Source: Emiliania huxleyi CCMP1516
Taxonomy: Eukaryota
Direction: 5' to 3'
Length of the DNA: 64,000 nt
NCBI RefSeq assembly: GCF_000372725.1
Contig: NW_005201392.1
Coordinates: 190,521 to 254,520 of the forward strand
Below the pieces are notes generated by a model. It was not told the origin of the DNA. It searched no databases and was given only the letters and a program-made list of their open reading frames with translations. Both the position numbers and the translations under genes were made by a program. Positions 24,453-36,446 of the stretch are shown one piece after another (the first letter of the stretch is position 1; each line of letters starts with the position of its first letter).

Positions 24453-26341
24453 TCAACCTTGTCCTTGATCTTCGAGCAGCAACCGCTCGAGCAGCGCATA
24501 GTCCTTCGCGTACACCTCGCGCACCAGCGAGCGGAGCTCAGCGGACTGCTCCCACGCCGCCCGGGCCTCCGCCTCCCGGCTCGCGTTCTGTCCCGACTGC
24601 GGCGGGATCGCCCTCCGGTGATGGCCGAGGCGTGGCTGTGCGTGGCGGGCAAGCCGCGGCTCGGCCCGGAGGAGGCGGCCGTACTCCGCCTCGAGCGCCT
24701 CGAAGCGCCCCACAAAGTGGAGGGCGCCGGCCGCGCCGTCAGCGGGCAGGAAGCAAGCCTGCGGCCGAAAGTGGATCGGGACGCGCGCCCAGTGCCCCTC
24801 GAGGCGCTGCAGGTGGAGCAGGAAGAGCAGCGGGTCGGCGCCAAAGTCGCGACGGAGCATCTCCGCCTAAGTGATTGATAACTTGTCCGTGACCAACCAC
24901 TCTCTCAATCAGGCAGGGCCGCGGTGGAGCATCATCCGCCGCGAGAAGGTCGTGCGGTGACACGGCGGCGGCGGCGGACTGCGTGAGGCCGCGGAAGAGG
25001 AGGTAGTAAAAGGCGGAGAGGAAGCGGTCAAGAGGGTCGCGCACAAAGGCGAAACGGAAGGCGCCGTCGTACGCACGCGGGCCGAGCAGAGCGCGCAGCT
25101 CCGCCGCCGTGAGGTGCTGCGAGTAGTGGTCCTGCGCAAAGATCGCCGCCTCGAGGCTGGTGCCCGCGCAGCGCGGCACGTGCACAAAGACGGCGCGCCT
25201 GTTTGATTCGAGCACGGAGCTGACGACTCAAGAGTGAGACGCGTGCTCGAAAGGCGGCGCGCCGAGACGCGAAGCTGGCAGCCCACGCCGCCGACCTCCG
25301 ACCGTTGACGCAGCGGGAGAGCGGGTCCCACTCGGCCGGCGCGTGCGCGTCTGGCGCAGGCACGCCGTAGTAAAAGGAGAAGATCTGCGCGGGCGTCGCG
25401 CCGAGCTTGTGCCACAGCATCACCGCCTGGTTGATGGCATTCACTCTCCACACCTTGCCTCGCTCCCACCGGCGGGGCGAGCACAGCGCCGCGGCGTCGA
25501 GCGTGGCGATGCGCGCCGCTCCACCCGCCGTCAGCCTGCGGACCTGGTTGACGAGCATGTACTCCTCGAGGATGCACCTGGCGCGACGGAAGGCTGCTCG
25601 GCTGGTCTCGGTTGACCTAGGTTGGTCTCTCGGGTAGTCTCTCGGGTAGTCGCACGTCGGCGGATATCCCCCCAGCGCGTCCAGCGTTGCGCGTGTCGTC
25701 GCCAGCGCCTGGTCTCCGAACGGCAGCTCGTACCAGCGCGAGCGCAGGTTGACAGTCCACTCCATCAGCGCGAGGCCCGCGGGCGGCGAGTGCGCCTCGG
25801 CGAGCTGAGCGCGGTCGCACTGAAACGAGAAGGCCGTCATCAGCACCGCCCGGTCGGAGAGCGAGCGAAGCAGCAGCGCATCCCACAGCGCTGGCAGAGC
25901 CGTGTCGGCGTGCAGGACGAGCACGGCGTCGCCCGTCGCGTGCCGCACGCCGGCGCGGACGGCGGGCCCGCGCCCGCCGTGCGACGTCTCACGCAGGAGC
26001 CGCAGCCGCGGGTGTGCCGCCGACCACTCGGCGACAAGATCCATCGTGCGGTCGCGGCAGCCGCCGTCAACGACGATGACCTCGACATCGTCGAGCGATG
26101 CCGCGCCGTGGTGCAGCGCGTCGAGGCAGTGCCGAATGCTCCTCTCCTCGTTGTAGGTGGGCAGCACGACCGACACGGTGCGGAGGGGTGGCAGCGTGGC
26201 GGCTGGCGAATGCAGCGGCGGCGGAGGCCTCAGCCTTCCGAGGAGGCGGCGTATGGCGTCGAAGAAACCAACCTGGAGAAGCATGAAGGACTGCACGGCG
26301 ACTACGAGCAGGTAGTCGACGAGGCCTCCAATCGTCCGCAT
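24453..26341 (-). CDS. Fusion of GT2 glycosyltransferase (TIGR04283-like) and Sulfotransfer_2-type sulfotransferase; exons 26341-25656, 25577-25263, 25198-24940, 24866-24453 (557 aa)
   Basis: GT2 motifs VSVVLPTYNEE, VIVVDGG, LHADT, LPFGDQAL, LEEY, SPRRWE. Sulfotransferase motifs FVHVPRCAGTS (5'-PSB), FVRDPLDRFLSAF (3'-PB), HFRPQ, FVGRFE, VYAKDY. Exon lengths sum to 1674 nt, in frame. Confidence 0.8.
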
Positions 26342-26427
26342 GGGACAACACCCCGAACCCAAGCAAGACGCACAAGCACAGACAGTCGAGAAGCGCGAGA
26401 CAGACAGCGGCGACAGCACAGACAGTC

Positions 26428-26510
26428 GGGAAGGGAATTGCGGGGTCCCCACGGGGCCTCAGTTCGGCCCTCCCGAGGGGGGGAGGGGAGCAAGGGGGTG
26501 GGGGGATCGG
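26428..26510 (+). repeat. About 85-bp dispersed repeat, second copy at about 56880-56964
   Basis: GGGAAGGGAATTGCGGGGTCCCCACGGG..CCTCAGTTCGGCCCTCCCGAGGGGGG... is nearly identical at both loci. Confidence 0.85.
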
Positions 26511-26639
26511 GTACCAGCAAGGCGAATGCGAATTCTTCACCTTCCTCACATACCACCAGAAGACGAAGGCGGGCCTCTCTAATGCTCCCGCAACGCGCTG
26601 TCTGCACGGCCGGCAGCAGACGGGCGCCCACACGGTGGG

Positions 26640-27510
26640 AGGGGTCAGCGAGACTCAGCGCCGGCTGCGCTTCTTGGTCGGGGCCGGCGCAGGCGCAGCG
26701 AGGTGCTTGATAGTGCCGCCTTCCCCTTTTGGAAGCACTTTGGGCAGCACCAGGGGAAGCTCTTGTGCGCTTGAAGGACGGCTCCGGCCCTCGCTGCTCC
26801 CCAAGGCACGCAGGCGTGTCGTGGTAGATGCCGGCCTTGCAAAACGAGCAAGCGCGAAGTTCGCCTGCAGCCGACTTGCACTTGGCGCATTTGGCGCCGG
26901 CTGTGGCCGACCGCGCGGTGGTAGTCGCGGCCTCTAAAAGCTTGAGCGAGCCGGTGGCGATGAAGGCGCCGAGGGCGAACGGCGAGGGCTCGGTGAGCGC
27001 GGCAACGCCGCGCAGCTGGAGGTAGTACGGCTCGAACATCAGTCGCGCACCAGCGATGCCAAACGGCGTCCGCTTCTCCACCATGGCAACCAGAAGCGCG
27101 CAATCAAAGCAGATGTTGGCGGAGTCGAGCTTCTGGATGAAGGGCTCGAGGAAGAGGTGCTGCGTCGCGCAGGCCGGGTGCACCATCTTTGCGCACACGA
27201 AGCACTGGCTGGTCTCGACATCGGCGCGGTCCGCCACCTTGCAGCATGTCGCATAGCAGCACGCAGGCGAAGCTGTTGGCCCGGAGAAGGCGTCGCGAGA
27301 AGGCATCGCCGCCACCCGCCGCTCAAACTTGACCACCTCCTCCTTCGCGTTGGACAGGTTCTCGGGCGGCTCCCACGTCATGTCCGGAGTTTGGTCCCAC
27401 TCGTCCCACTTGACTGCATATTGCACAACGATGCCCTTGCGCGCCACGCGAGCCTCCCTCTTGGCGAGGACCAGCTCGACCGTGTACTGGTACTCGTCCT
27501 CCTGTGCGGC
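26640..27510 (-). pseudogene. Chromodomain plus two PHD-like Cys/His fingers; frameshifted near the 3' end, no clear start
   Basis: YTVELVLAKR...QYAVKWDEWD...TWEPPENL (chromodomain); CFVCAKMVHPAC...CFDC; CAKC...CSFC...YH...WCCPKC split across frames. Confidence 0.6.
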
Positions 27511-28464
27511 GGGGACGGTGCGCTCGCCGGAGAGCTATGCCCTATGCATGAAGCAGCCGGCGCGCCACCGCAGCTCAACGATGGAGCTTGTGCCGCGGCT
27601 CAATCCACAGGCGCAGCAGCATTGCGACGCATTCTCCAAGCACGGCCTCTGGCGTTGCGAGTGCACAGAGGGCGAGCAATAGTTGACAAAAGCACTGATC
27701 TGTGGGCAGCAGATCTCCATGTCGGTCGCGCCCTGCGAAAGGACAACCGCGGGCCGCGGATGCTTGCCCGGACGCGGACCCGCCGTGCGAGTTGCAGACC
27801 CGGAGGAGGCCGACCCAGCTCACCCCGAGAGAGGCCATCCGGCACCAACTTGATTCCTAGATCGGCGTCTCCCCCTCCCCCTATGTGCCGCCACCCCCCT
27901 CCAATCCGTAATTCCGTAAAATCGCGTGAAAAGCGCCCTAATCGAGCTGGGGAGCGGCCCCCAGCCGCCTGGGAGCGTGCCCCAGCTAGCGGGAGCGTTA
28001 GACGTACTTTTCGGCGTGAACATAGAACAAAGACTTGCGGCGACGCGCCCGCCGTCGATCGCCGGGCTGCGTGGCCAGACTCCTCCGAGGAGAGCGAGGC
28101 GGAGGAGAGCGAGGCGGGGGATAGCGAGGCGGAGACCGAGGCGGATGGCGAGGAGGCGAGCAGCGAGGAGGTGATCCGGACTCCCCCTCCCCCCCCTCTC
28201 GTACGCCGTCACCCGGCCGCGAACGCGTTTTCCGTCCGCCGTTTCATCGAGTTGCCCGAGTGGTAAAACCATCGTGGACGGTGACGGTGACGAGCTGGAG
28301 CTGGAGATCCCCGAGGGGGTGGTGGCGGGCGAGACCTTCTTCTACAGGATCGAGTAGCCTCCCCAGGAGAGGGAACGCTTTGTCATCCTCCCTGGAGGAG
28401 GGGGAAGGGGTGGGGGGGGGTTATGCCGGAGGAGTGGGGTGGGATATCTAAAATGGTATGAATG

Positions 28465-28721
28465 GAGGGAAAAGGGAAGGTAAACGGGATGAAAAAGAGT
28501 AAGAGGGAGAGAAAGAGGGAGAGTGAGAATAGAGAGAGTGAGAGGGAGAGGCAGAGTAAGAGGGAGAGGGAGAGGGAGAGGGAGAGGGAGAGGGAGAGGG
28601 AGAGTAAGAGAGAGAGGGAGAGGGAGAGTAAGAGGGAGAGAAAGAGGGAGAGTGAGAATAGAGAGAGTGAGAGGGAGAGGGAGAGGGAGAGGGAGAGGGA
28701 GAGGGAGAGGGAGAGGGAGAG
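28465..28721 (+). repeat. Purine-rich (GAGAGG)n-type minisatellite with internal duplication
   Basis: Seen directly in the sequence. Confidence 0.95.
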
Positions 28722-28851
28722 CTCGCCCTCCATGCGGCGCACCATTGGGGGCGCTGCGGACTATTAGGCCTCGTCGCACATCGGTCATCGCGCGCATTCT
28801 GGATTGTCTTATTTATCTGAGGTGTTAAAATATCCATTTGAAAATGCTTGC

Positions 28852-29125
28852 CACATCTCGGGGATGGCGACGCCAATTCAGCCATCCTGAGATGCAGCGC
28901 CCTCCGGCCAGCATCTCAGGATGTAATGGCTCAATCAGGGATGTCGTGGACATCTTTGGTTGCCTCAGGCATCCCAAGATGCATGAAGCAATTCAGGATG
29001 CGCGAAGCAATTCAGGATGCGCGCGCTTCTCCTGAATTGGTTCATGCATCTTGGGATGCTCGAGGCAATCGAAATTAGAATGGAGGTCGTATCGGGCAAT
29101 TTCAGATGCCTCAGCATCTCAAATT
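28852..29125. repeat. Array of short imperfect palindromes (CATC-N4/5-GATG and half-sites)
   Basis: CATCTCGGGGATG, CATCCTGAGATGC, GCATCTCAGGATG, GCATCCCAAGATGC, GCATCTTGGGATGC and others. Confidence 0.7.
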
Positions 29126-29269
29126 GCGGGTTCCCCGCCCCTGACGAAAAACGTGTGTACGAAGGTTGGTGCTGTCTGTTGTTATGAGAGACGCTCTCCC
29201 CCGTCCCGGTCGCGCAACAACAGTTCGGATTGAGGCGCGGACCAACGGCGAGCTGCACGATGCGTGTCG

Positions 29270-31098
29270 TCAGTGGTGGCGACTCTGTCCACGGCCGCCA
29301 CGGCCGCCACGGCCGCCGCCGCGACCGCCGCCCCGGCCCCCACCCGCCTGGCTCGCCATCCCTCGACCACCACGGCCAGCGCCACGGCCGCCGCCGCCAC
29401 CTCTGCCGCCGCCTCTGCCGCCGCCCATGGCGCCACCGCGGTTGCCGCCGCCGCCGCCGCCACCGCGCCCGCTGGGGCCTTTTGCGACGACTAGACCCGG
29501 TGTGCCGCGCAGGCCCATCATGCCGACCGTCTTGGCTTGGAGCGTGGGCACCTCGGGCAAGCCGAGAGCGCCGAGGGCAAACGCGTTGGCGGTGGCGACG
29601 AGGGTGCGCGCGTCCCACCGCATCGCCTTCATCTTCTGCTTGTAGTAACCGAGCCACGCCTGGTACGCCTTCTCGCGCGTCCCCACGTCGACCGCCTCGA
29701 CCGCACCGCACGCCTCGTCGCGCGCCGCGCCGACGGCCGCTGCCGACGGGCTCGCTTCGGTTATGGGCAGCCCTGCCAGCATGCCCATCGTCGCGCGCTC
29801 CTCCCACTCCGACAACAACAGCAGCGCCTGGCCCGACTTGCCTGCGCGCCCCGTCCGCCCCGTGCGGTGCACGTACTGCTCCCGGCTGTCGGGCGCGCCG
29901 AGCTGCAGCACGAGGGTCACGTCGGGGTAGTCGACGCCCCGCGCGGCCACGTCGCTCGCGACGAGCACGCCCTCGCGGCAGTCTCGGAACTCGTTGGAGA
30001 CGCGCGTGCGGTACGCCTGCGACTTGCGCGAGTGCAGCGGCGCGTTGCTCACGCCCATCGCTGTGAAGAGCTCTGAGACGAACTGCGCCTGCTCACAGGG
30101 CCCGCTGTGAAGAGACGCTGTTCAAAGCGCATCGCCGCGAAACGCCTCGAGACGAACTGCACCTGGTTGGCGGTGGGGCAGAAGACGACGATCTTGCCGC
30201 TGCCCGCGGCGTCCGCGAGGGCGCGGCGTGCGGCGAGGGCGGCGAGGGCAGGCACGGCGTTCATCTCGGCGGCGAGGTAGCTCTGCGCCACCTTGGACGC
30301 CGTCTCCGAGTCGGCCGCCGCGCCCACGCAGTCGATGACCCTGTGCCCGCGTTTGAGAGTCTGGCCGAGGACGGCCGAGAGCTCCGCAGGCATCGTCGCC
30401 GAGAAGCAGAGCGACTGACGCTCGCTCGGCAGCTTGGCCACGATCTGTCCAATCTCCCTCGCAAAGCCCTGATCGAGCAGCCGGTCGCCTTCGTCGAGGA
30501 TCAGCGTCTGCAGCCCGCGCAGCCGCGTCGCGAGTCCCTCGTTCTCCATGTGGTCCTTGAGCCGACCCGGTGTGGCCACGAGCAAATCGACCTCACCACC
30601 GAGCCGGTTGAGGTCTCGCTTCATGGGCGTGCCGCCGAATATGCACACAGCCTTGAGCCCGCTACCCGGCACCAGGCTGGCGGCGGCCTCGGCGATCTGA
30701 GCCGCGAGCTCTCGCGTCGGGCTCAGCACCAGTGCCCGAATCTGGCCCTGAGGTCGCTCGGACGTGCTCAGTCGGTGGAGCGTCGGGACGAGAAAGGCAA
30801 GTGTCTTTCCCGTCCCGGTGCGGGCCTTGGCGACAACATCTTCCCCAGCCAGCAGCGGCGGCATCGAAGCGCTCTGCACAGGTGTCGCGAACTCGTGGCC
30901 GAGTGCCGCGATGTTGCCTCGCAGCGACGACGAGATCTCGAGGTCTGCAAACCGCAGCATCTCCACGTCGGCGGCGGTGCGAGTCGCCGTGGCCAGCATG
31001 CGCGCTGATGCGCTGCCGCGTACGGCAGCAAGTCGCGTGAGCGCCGCGCTGGTGATCGCCGCGCCGTGCAGCACGGACAGCACGCGAAGGGCGCGCAT
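29270..31098 (-). CDS. DEAD-box RNA helicase (Mss116/CYT-19-like) with RGG tail, probably organelle-targeted; intron 30162-30089
   Basis: Q motif, ARTGTGKT, SPTRELA, ATPGRL, DEGD, SAT, SDVAARGVDYPDV, YVHRTGRTGRAG, AYQAWLGYY and a C-terminal RGG-rich region. Confidence 0.92.
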
Positions 31099-31959
31099 TT
31101 TCGTCGGGCAGCGGTGGCGGCGGCGGTGGCGCGCGGAGAGTCCGCGCACGCTGCTGCTGCCGCACTTCTTTTTTTTGGTAGGTTTGTTTCCGCGTGTGTG
31201 TGTGTGTCCGCGAGGAGGGCAGAGTTGCGCCGAAAGGCGGGCTGAAGCCGTGAGAGCAAGGATCGGCAGGCGGCGGCGGCGTCGCAGGACGAGGCAGAGG
31301 AGAGCGACGCGACAGAGGAAGACGCGACAGGAGGGAGAACGACGAGAGTGGGACGACCGCGACGCACGCTGTAGCGTCGCCGCCGAGGCCTCGGGCCGAC
31401 CGACGAGGAAGGCAGCGGCCTCTGCCGCAGGCAGGGCGGCGAGCCGCGAATACTGCCTCTCGAGCGCGTGCACTTGCTCCCACCGTGCTGCGCTCGCCTG
31501 CCCAAAGCCGACGTCCGGCGGCAGGGCGTGAGCCGTACCGGGAGCTCGGCTGCCGCAAGCCGCAAGCTCTGCGTCGACGCGTGCAACTGCGTCGGAGCGG
31601 CTGCACTCTTCGCGTGCGAGCGCATCGAGCGCGTCGACCGAGCGTACGTTCTCTCTAGTGAGCGCGAGTACCACCGCCATGTTTGCAGAGCTCGGCAACG
31701 CGCGACGCGGCCGTTTCATCGAGTTTCCAGGCGTACGTCCCCCGGGGGAGGAGGGGGGATTGGTTGGCAAAGCAGAGACATATGAAACAATTATTATATA
31801 AAATGAACTCGGGGGCACGGGACGCGGCACAATTATTACAAGCGTTCGCGAGTACGATCAAAAGTAGCGGCGCCGTTTTGTGCACACGACCATCTAGCCG
31901 TGTGTGCTGGCGTCCGGGTCCCAGCGGGTTTTCACGTAACAAGCACACACACGACCGCG

Positions 31960-34642
31960 ATGCTAGCCACGCCGGTCTGCAATCGGCCCTCCACTTCCTA
32001 CGTCGAGGGGCGGCGGAGGAAGCTCGCCAAGGAGAGGGTGGGCGCGGTGCGAGGCCGCGGGTTGCCCGCCGCGACGGGCGGGGCGGCGGGCGAGGCGGCA
32101 CGCGAGAGCTCTGCGGGGGTGACCCTCTGCCTCAACGGTGGAGGCAACCTGGCGCTGAGCGGAGCGTACGGGCTGCTTCGTGGGCTTTCCAAAAAGGGAG
32201 CGCTCAACCAATGCGACTCCATCGTGGGCGTGAGCGGCGGCTTCTGGGCCACCGCAATCTACCTCTACGGCAGCGCCGACGCCGACTCGGAGGAGGAGGC
32301 TTCCGCCGCACTCCTCGACACGGCTCGGTCGGATACGCCGGCGGTATGGAAGGCGGAGGAGCAGCTCGACAGCATCCCAAAGGAGACCCTCGGATACTCG
32401 GCCGTCTACAACTTTGGCGTGCGCGAGATCTTTTGCCTCCCGCTGTATTGCTTTGGGCAGGGGCTTTCGCGCCTCGGTCTCGGCTCCATCTCCTGCCACA
32501 AGCTCTGGGTGCAGTCCATCCAGCGCTCCTTCCTCTCGCGGTGAGCTCTGCGCCGCGCTGGTTGCCCCCGACCGCCACTGTCTGCACCGACTCGAGGTGA
32601 GCCTGTGTATAGATACGGCGTCCCGGGCGGAAAGTTCTTTGCACCGAGCCAGGCGGACGCGGAGGCGCTGGTCGCCCAGCACCCAGACCGCTTTGCGCAG
32701 GGCGACTTCATCTACCCACGCCAGGGCGCACGGTCGATGGCGAACCCGGAAGGCACCGCAAGCGGCCCCGATCCGGTCGGCGTCTTTGTGATGCTCAGTC
32801 CGAGTGACCTGAGCTACCGCAACGGCCAAAAACAACTGCAGGAGATGCAGGGCGAGGGCGCCAAAGGCGGGCTACCGACCACAATCTCGGCGCGTGAGAA
32901 GCACAACGGCGTGTCATTGGTGCCCTGGTGGTCGAGCACGTCTCTCACCCGGAGTGGCTACAAAGCCGTTGACCCAGCCACCAAGATGGGTCCCGGCAAG
33001 ATGAGCTACCCACACTGCCAGGCTTTTATGTATGGATGCAAACCTCCACCGCCGCTGAGGGTCGACTCGCCGTCTGCGAAGCCGACCGACTTTGTTGTGC
33101 CTTACCGCCGGCCGCTCTTCTCGCTCGAGCGCTGCTGCCTCGCTCCGCCTTCGACGGACACACGCCCCCACGCGGGCCGCGCTACCTCCGCTCGAAAGGA
33201 CTGCGGTTGGCGTGTGTCGTTGTAGGATCGGCTCACCCTCGAGGCGTTGGCGGGCTTCAGCTCCAATTTCCTCCAGCAGGGCCAGAACCCGCTGCAGCCG
33301 CTTACCGACGCCATCCCATGCGCCGGTTCATGCCTAGGAGACTGCATCAACAGCGCCGTCAACAGCGTCCTCGGCTTGCTCACCGGCAGGGTGAAGATGC
33401 GCACTACTAGCTCGGTCGACACTGCTGACGGCGACGTGCGCACCGAGGCCATCTGTGACCTAGGTGACGGGGGCATCATGGCGCGCGTGCATCGGAAGGG
33501 CGACAGAGCGACGCTAGATGTCAGAGAGAGGGTCGTGAGAATAGGACAGCACGGGGGTGTGCGCCGCCGTCGCCAGCGGCGCGACCAAAGTGATTTGCAT
33601 GATCACTGCGCAGCATCCCTTTCGGCCACCGCCCGGATTCGTCCTGGACAAGGCCAAGGCAAACATCAAGGCCTTGTCGAGCAGCGAGGAGAAGAGTGGA
33701 CGCCCTTCATTAGAGATATCGGCAGCTCACGCCGAGCAGCGGCAGGCTGTGCACGAGAGCTTGGGTGACTACGTCCGCGCGTTGCGGATTGACGGCTTTC
33801 ACAAGACGGCGTTGGACCCCTTTCTGTCGGCCCTCTTTGGCGTCTACGACACGGACCTCCAGACGGGTGCCGCCTCCTCGAGGAGGCTGTGTAATGAGTC
33901 GAGCGGTGTGAGTACGGTACCTCGGGTGTAGGCGCCTTCCACGACGCGGCCTTTGGGATCGGAAGCTACTCCGCAAACCAGATCTTTGAATCTCTACGGC
34001 GCCAAGCTTCGGCGCGTCTTGACCTCGCTCTTACAGTCCTGAAATGTGTGCCACTGCACTCCATGTAGGCTGGTGGAGCTCCTCGAGCGGTTCACGCAGC
34101 TCTACGAGGAGGGCCGGCCGCTCGTGGCGACCATTGATGCGGTGCAAGTCATCGACAACCCCTTCTACGGCACCACCTCCTCGCTTCCCGATGGCACCGT
34201 CAACAAGGTGTCGCTGACTGTCTTCTACTACTCACTGCCTGGAGCGAACGGGTCGTACCATGGCGACGCCACCGGATCATACCTGGAGTGGGACGACGCC
34301 ACCGAATACGTCGAAGGCACGCCGGCCACCGCCCCGTCCCACCCAAGCCATCCCAGTCGCGCCACTCTCACCACCCGCGCGTGGGGGGAAGGCTCGTGGG
34401 CGGCACAGGTTGGCAAGGAGATCCTGAGCAATGACCGCTACAACACTTTCCCGCATCTCAAGATTGCGGGGCAAAATCTCAGCGCGTGCGACGGGTGCAA
34501 GATCGACGCGTACACCCCGGGCCAGGTGAATCTGTTTGGGTACCTTGGCGACTACATGGTGGCGGATCACTGGGAGGAGACACTTTCGAAGCTGTTTGTA
34601 GAGGGGCGCAGGGGTGAGGGGCTGAGGGCTGAGGGGAGCTAG
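31960..34642 (+). CDS. Patatin/cPLA2-like lipase, multi-exon (internal boundaries approximate)
   Basis: CLNGGG oxyanion loop, GVSGG nucleophile elbow and LGDGG catalytic Asp motif. Confidence 0.7.
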
Positions 34643-34847
34643 AGAGATAGAAGCGCTGAGACGTGAGAGCCTGAGGAGAGGGAGGAGAGACTGAGAGGCA
34701 GAGGGCCCGCCTGAACACCGTCGTCAAGCCACGGGCCTGCGGTTTTGGCACACTTCATTTCTATAAACCCTTTTTTCTTGTGCTCACCTATTCGCCGCCG
34801 TGTGCACTTTGGCGCAGAGCTAGGGCGCTACGTGCGCTGCTCGAGAT

Positions 34848-35864
34848 TCACGCATAGCTGACGCTCACCGTGTAGCAGCGCTGGCAAACACGGTGCCCGT
34901 TGGCGGCCCACTCTCCCGCCTCTGACACGCTCACGAGCGTTACGCGCGCGAGGGGCGGGAGACTAAAGCCCGTCGGTGTCGTCTGCACAAGCGCGTGCCA
35001 GCCCTCGCGGCTGGGCGGGCGGCTCACGAACGCCACCACCGCCGCGTCCTGCAGCTGGTACTCAACGCCGTGCGCGCAAAAGATCGGGATCCGAAGGCCG
35101 CGCCCATCAGCAAAGGTGTGGTCGTTTGCGACGAGGCCGCCGGAGACGGTGGTGGCAATGAAGCTTGCGCCCGGCGCCGCCCCAGCGGCGGAGAGGGCGC
35201 CCCACGCCGGGTCCTCCTCGGAAAGGCCCCAGCGGCCGCTCAGGTTACAAAAGCAGGTGGGGGGCAGCTCACCTTGGCCCGCACGGGAAAGCAGCAGGCC
35301 GGTCAGCGCGTGCGTGCTTGCGGCGTACCTACGCGAGCCCACTCGCAGAGCCGCGCCGAGCGCGCCGCGGCCCATGTAGACGAGGAGGGTGTAGGCTTTG
35401 GCGTCGCAACCCTCCCAACCAGACTGAACCAGCCACTCGACCTCCTGGCGAAAACGAGGGAGGGTGGTCTCTGGTGTCTCCACGACAATGTCCTCGAGCT
35501 CGTTGCCCTGCAGCACAAGCTCCTCCCGCCGTATCTTCACCCACTCATCGCGCCAGGTCTGGCCGCGCCAGGGCTGCTTGCCGTTGCCGTCGGCCCGCCT
35601 TCCGATACGGCGCGTCAGATCCTCGGCGGCTGAGAGAGAGCAAAGCAGGCTCGGCCCGTGCGGAGTAGTGCCGGCCGCAGCAGGACCTCTGAGCGCTAGG
35701 AGCCGTTCGCGAGCCGCTGTTACCACCAAGCCCTGCCACGCGCGGCAGACTCGTGAAGCGCGCGCCAGGCCGTCCGCCCGCAGGCTGAGGAGCACCTTGA
35801 AGAGGAGCTCCACCGGGAGGGAAGCCAGCTCGAGTGGCGCGGGAGCGCTAAAGGTGTGGGACAT
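34848..35864 (-). CDS. F-box protein with a possible degenerate ADP-ribosyltransferase-like C-terminal domain
   Basis: F-box LASLPVELLFKVLLSLRADGLARASRVCRAWQGLV; single-exon ORF of 338 aa. Confidence 0.75.
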   Translation of the reverse strand: MSHTFSAPAPLELASLPVELLFKVLLSLRADGLARASRVCRAWQGLVVTAARERLLALRGPAAAGTTPHGPSLLCSLSAAEDLTRRIGRRADGNGKQPWRGQTWRDEWVKIRREELVLQGNELEDIVVETPETTLPRFRQEVEWLVQSGWEGCDAKAYTLLVYMGRGALGAALRVGSRRYAASTHALTGLLLSRAGQGELPPTCFCNLSGRWGLSEEDPAWGALSAAGAAPGASFIATTVSGGLVANDHTFADGRGLRIPIFCAHGVEYQLQDAAVVAFVSRPPSREGWHALVQTTPTGFSLPPLARVTLVSVSEAGEWAANGHRVCQRCYTVSVSYA

Positions 35865-35887
35865 CGAAGAACGGCAGCGGCCTGCAT

Positions 35888-36446
35888 CGGGCGAGGTACT
35901 TCTAGCCTGCTGTGTGGGAACAGCTCATGAGCAGTCTCGCACTGTGCTGTGAACAGAGCGGCAACCAGCAGCTCTCAGGACCCCCCGGTGCTGGGGTGCT
36001 GCCAGCAACCAACCAACTCGCCGGCGAGCGGAGCGAGCCGAAGAGCTGTGGGCCACGCCTGCCCGCCGGGACCGCGTGCAGGAAGCCGCATCGCCAGCGC
36101 CGTCGCAGCATCGAGCGGCGCGTCCTCCCCAACCAGCGGCGTGTATTGCACCATAGGTCGTCGGCTTTGCCGACGGGCGACGTGGACGGACACAGGCAGG
36201 GACGGGCGAAACACGTACCCGAACAAGCATGACCAGGGAACGGGGCATTGCACTACATAGTGCGGGACCTGGGGCAGCAACCAACAACCTGGATGAGGAC
36301 GGGGTGCTGCGCAACCGACGCCAACCAGCGGCGTTCACAGCACCAGTGCGAGACTAAGGTTTTGCAACCTGGTAATAAGACGGCTCGCAGGGTTGACTCG
36401 GCCAGACAAAAAACCCCGAGAGGCGTGGGAGTACCTACCTCGCCAG
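35888..36446. mobile_element. 559-bp non-autonomous DNA transposon, same family as 14635-14742; 8-bp TSD GCCTGCAT
   Basis: TSD at 35880-35887 and 36447-36454. Ends CGGGCGAGGTA and TACCTCGCCAG. Confidence 0.88.

Noticed and set aside
31099..31830. N-terminal extension of the 593-aa DEAD-box ORF
   Set aside because: Contains T-tract and microsatellite sequence; the ATG at 31098 gives a plausible targeting peptide. The upstream part is probably unrelated.
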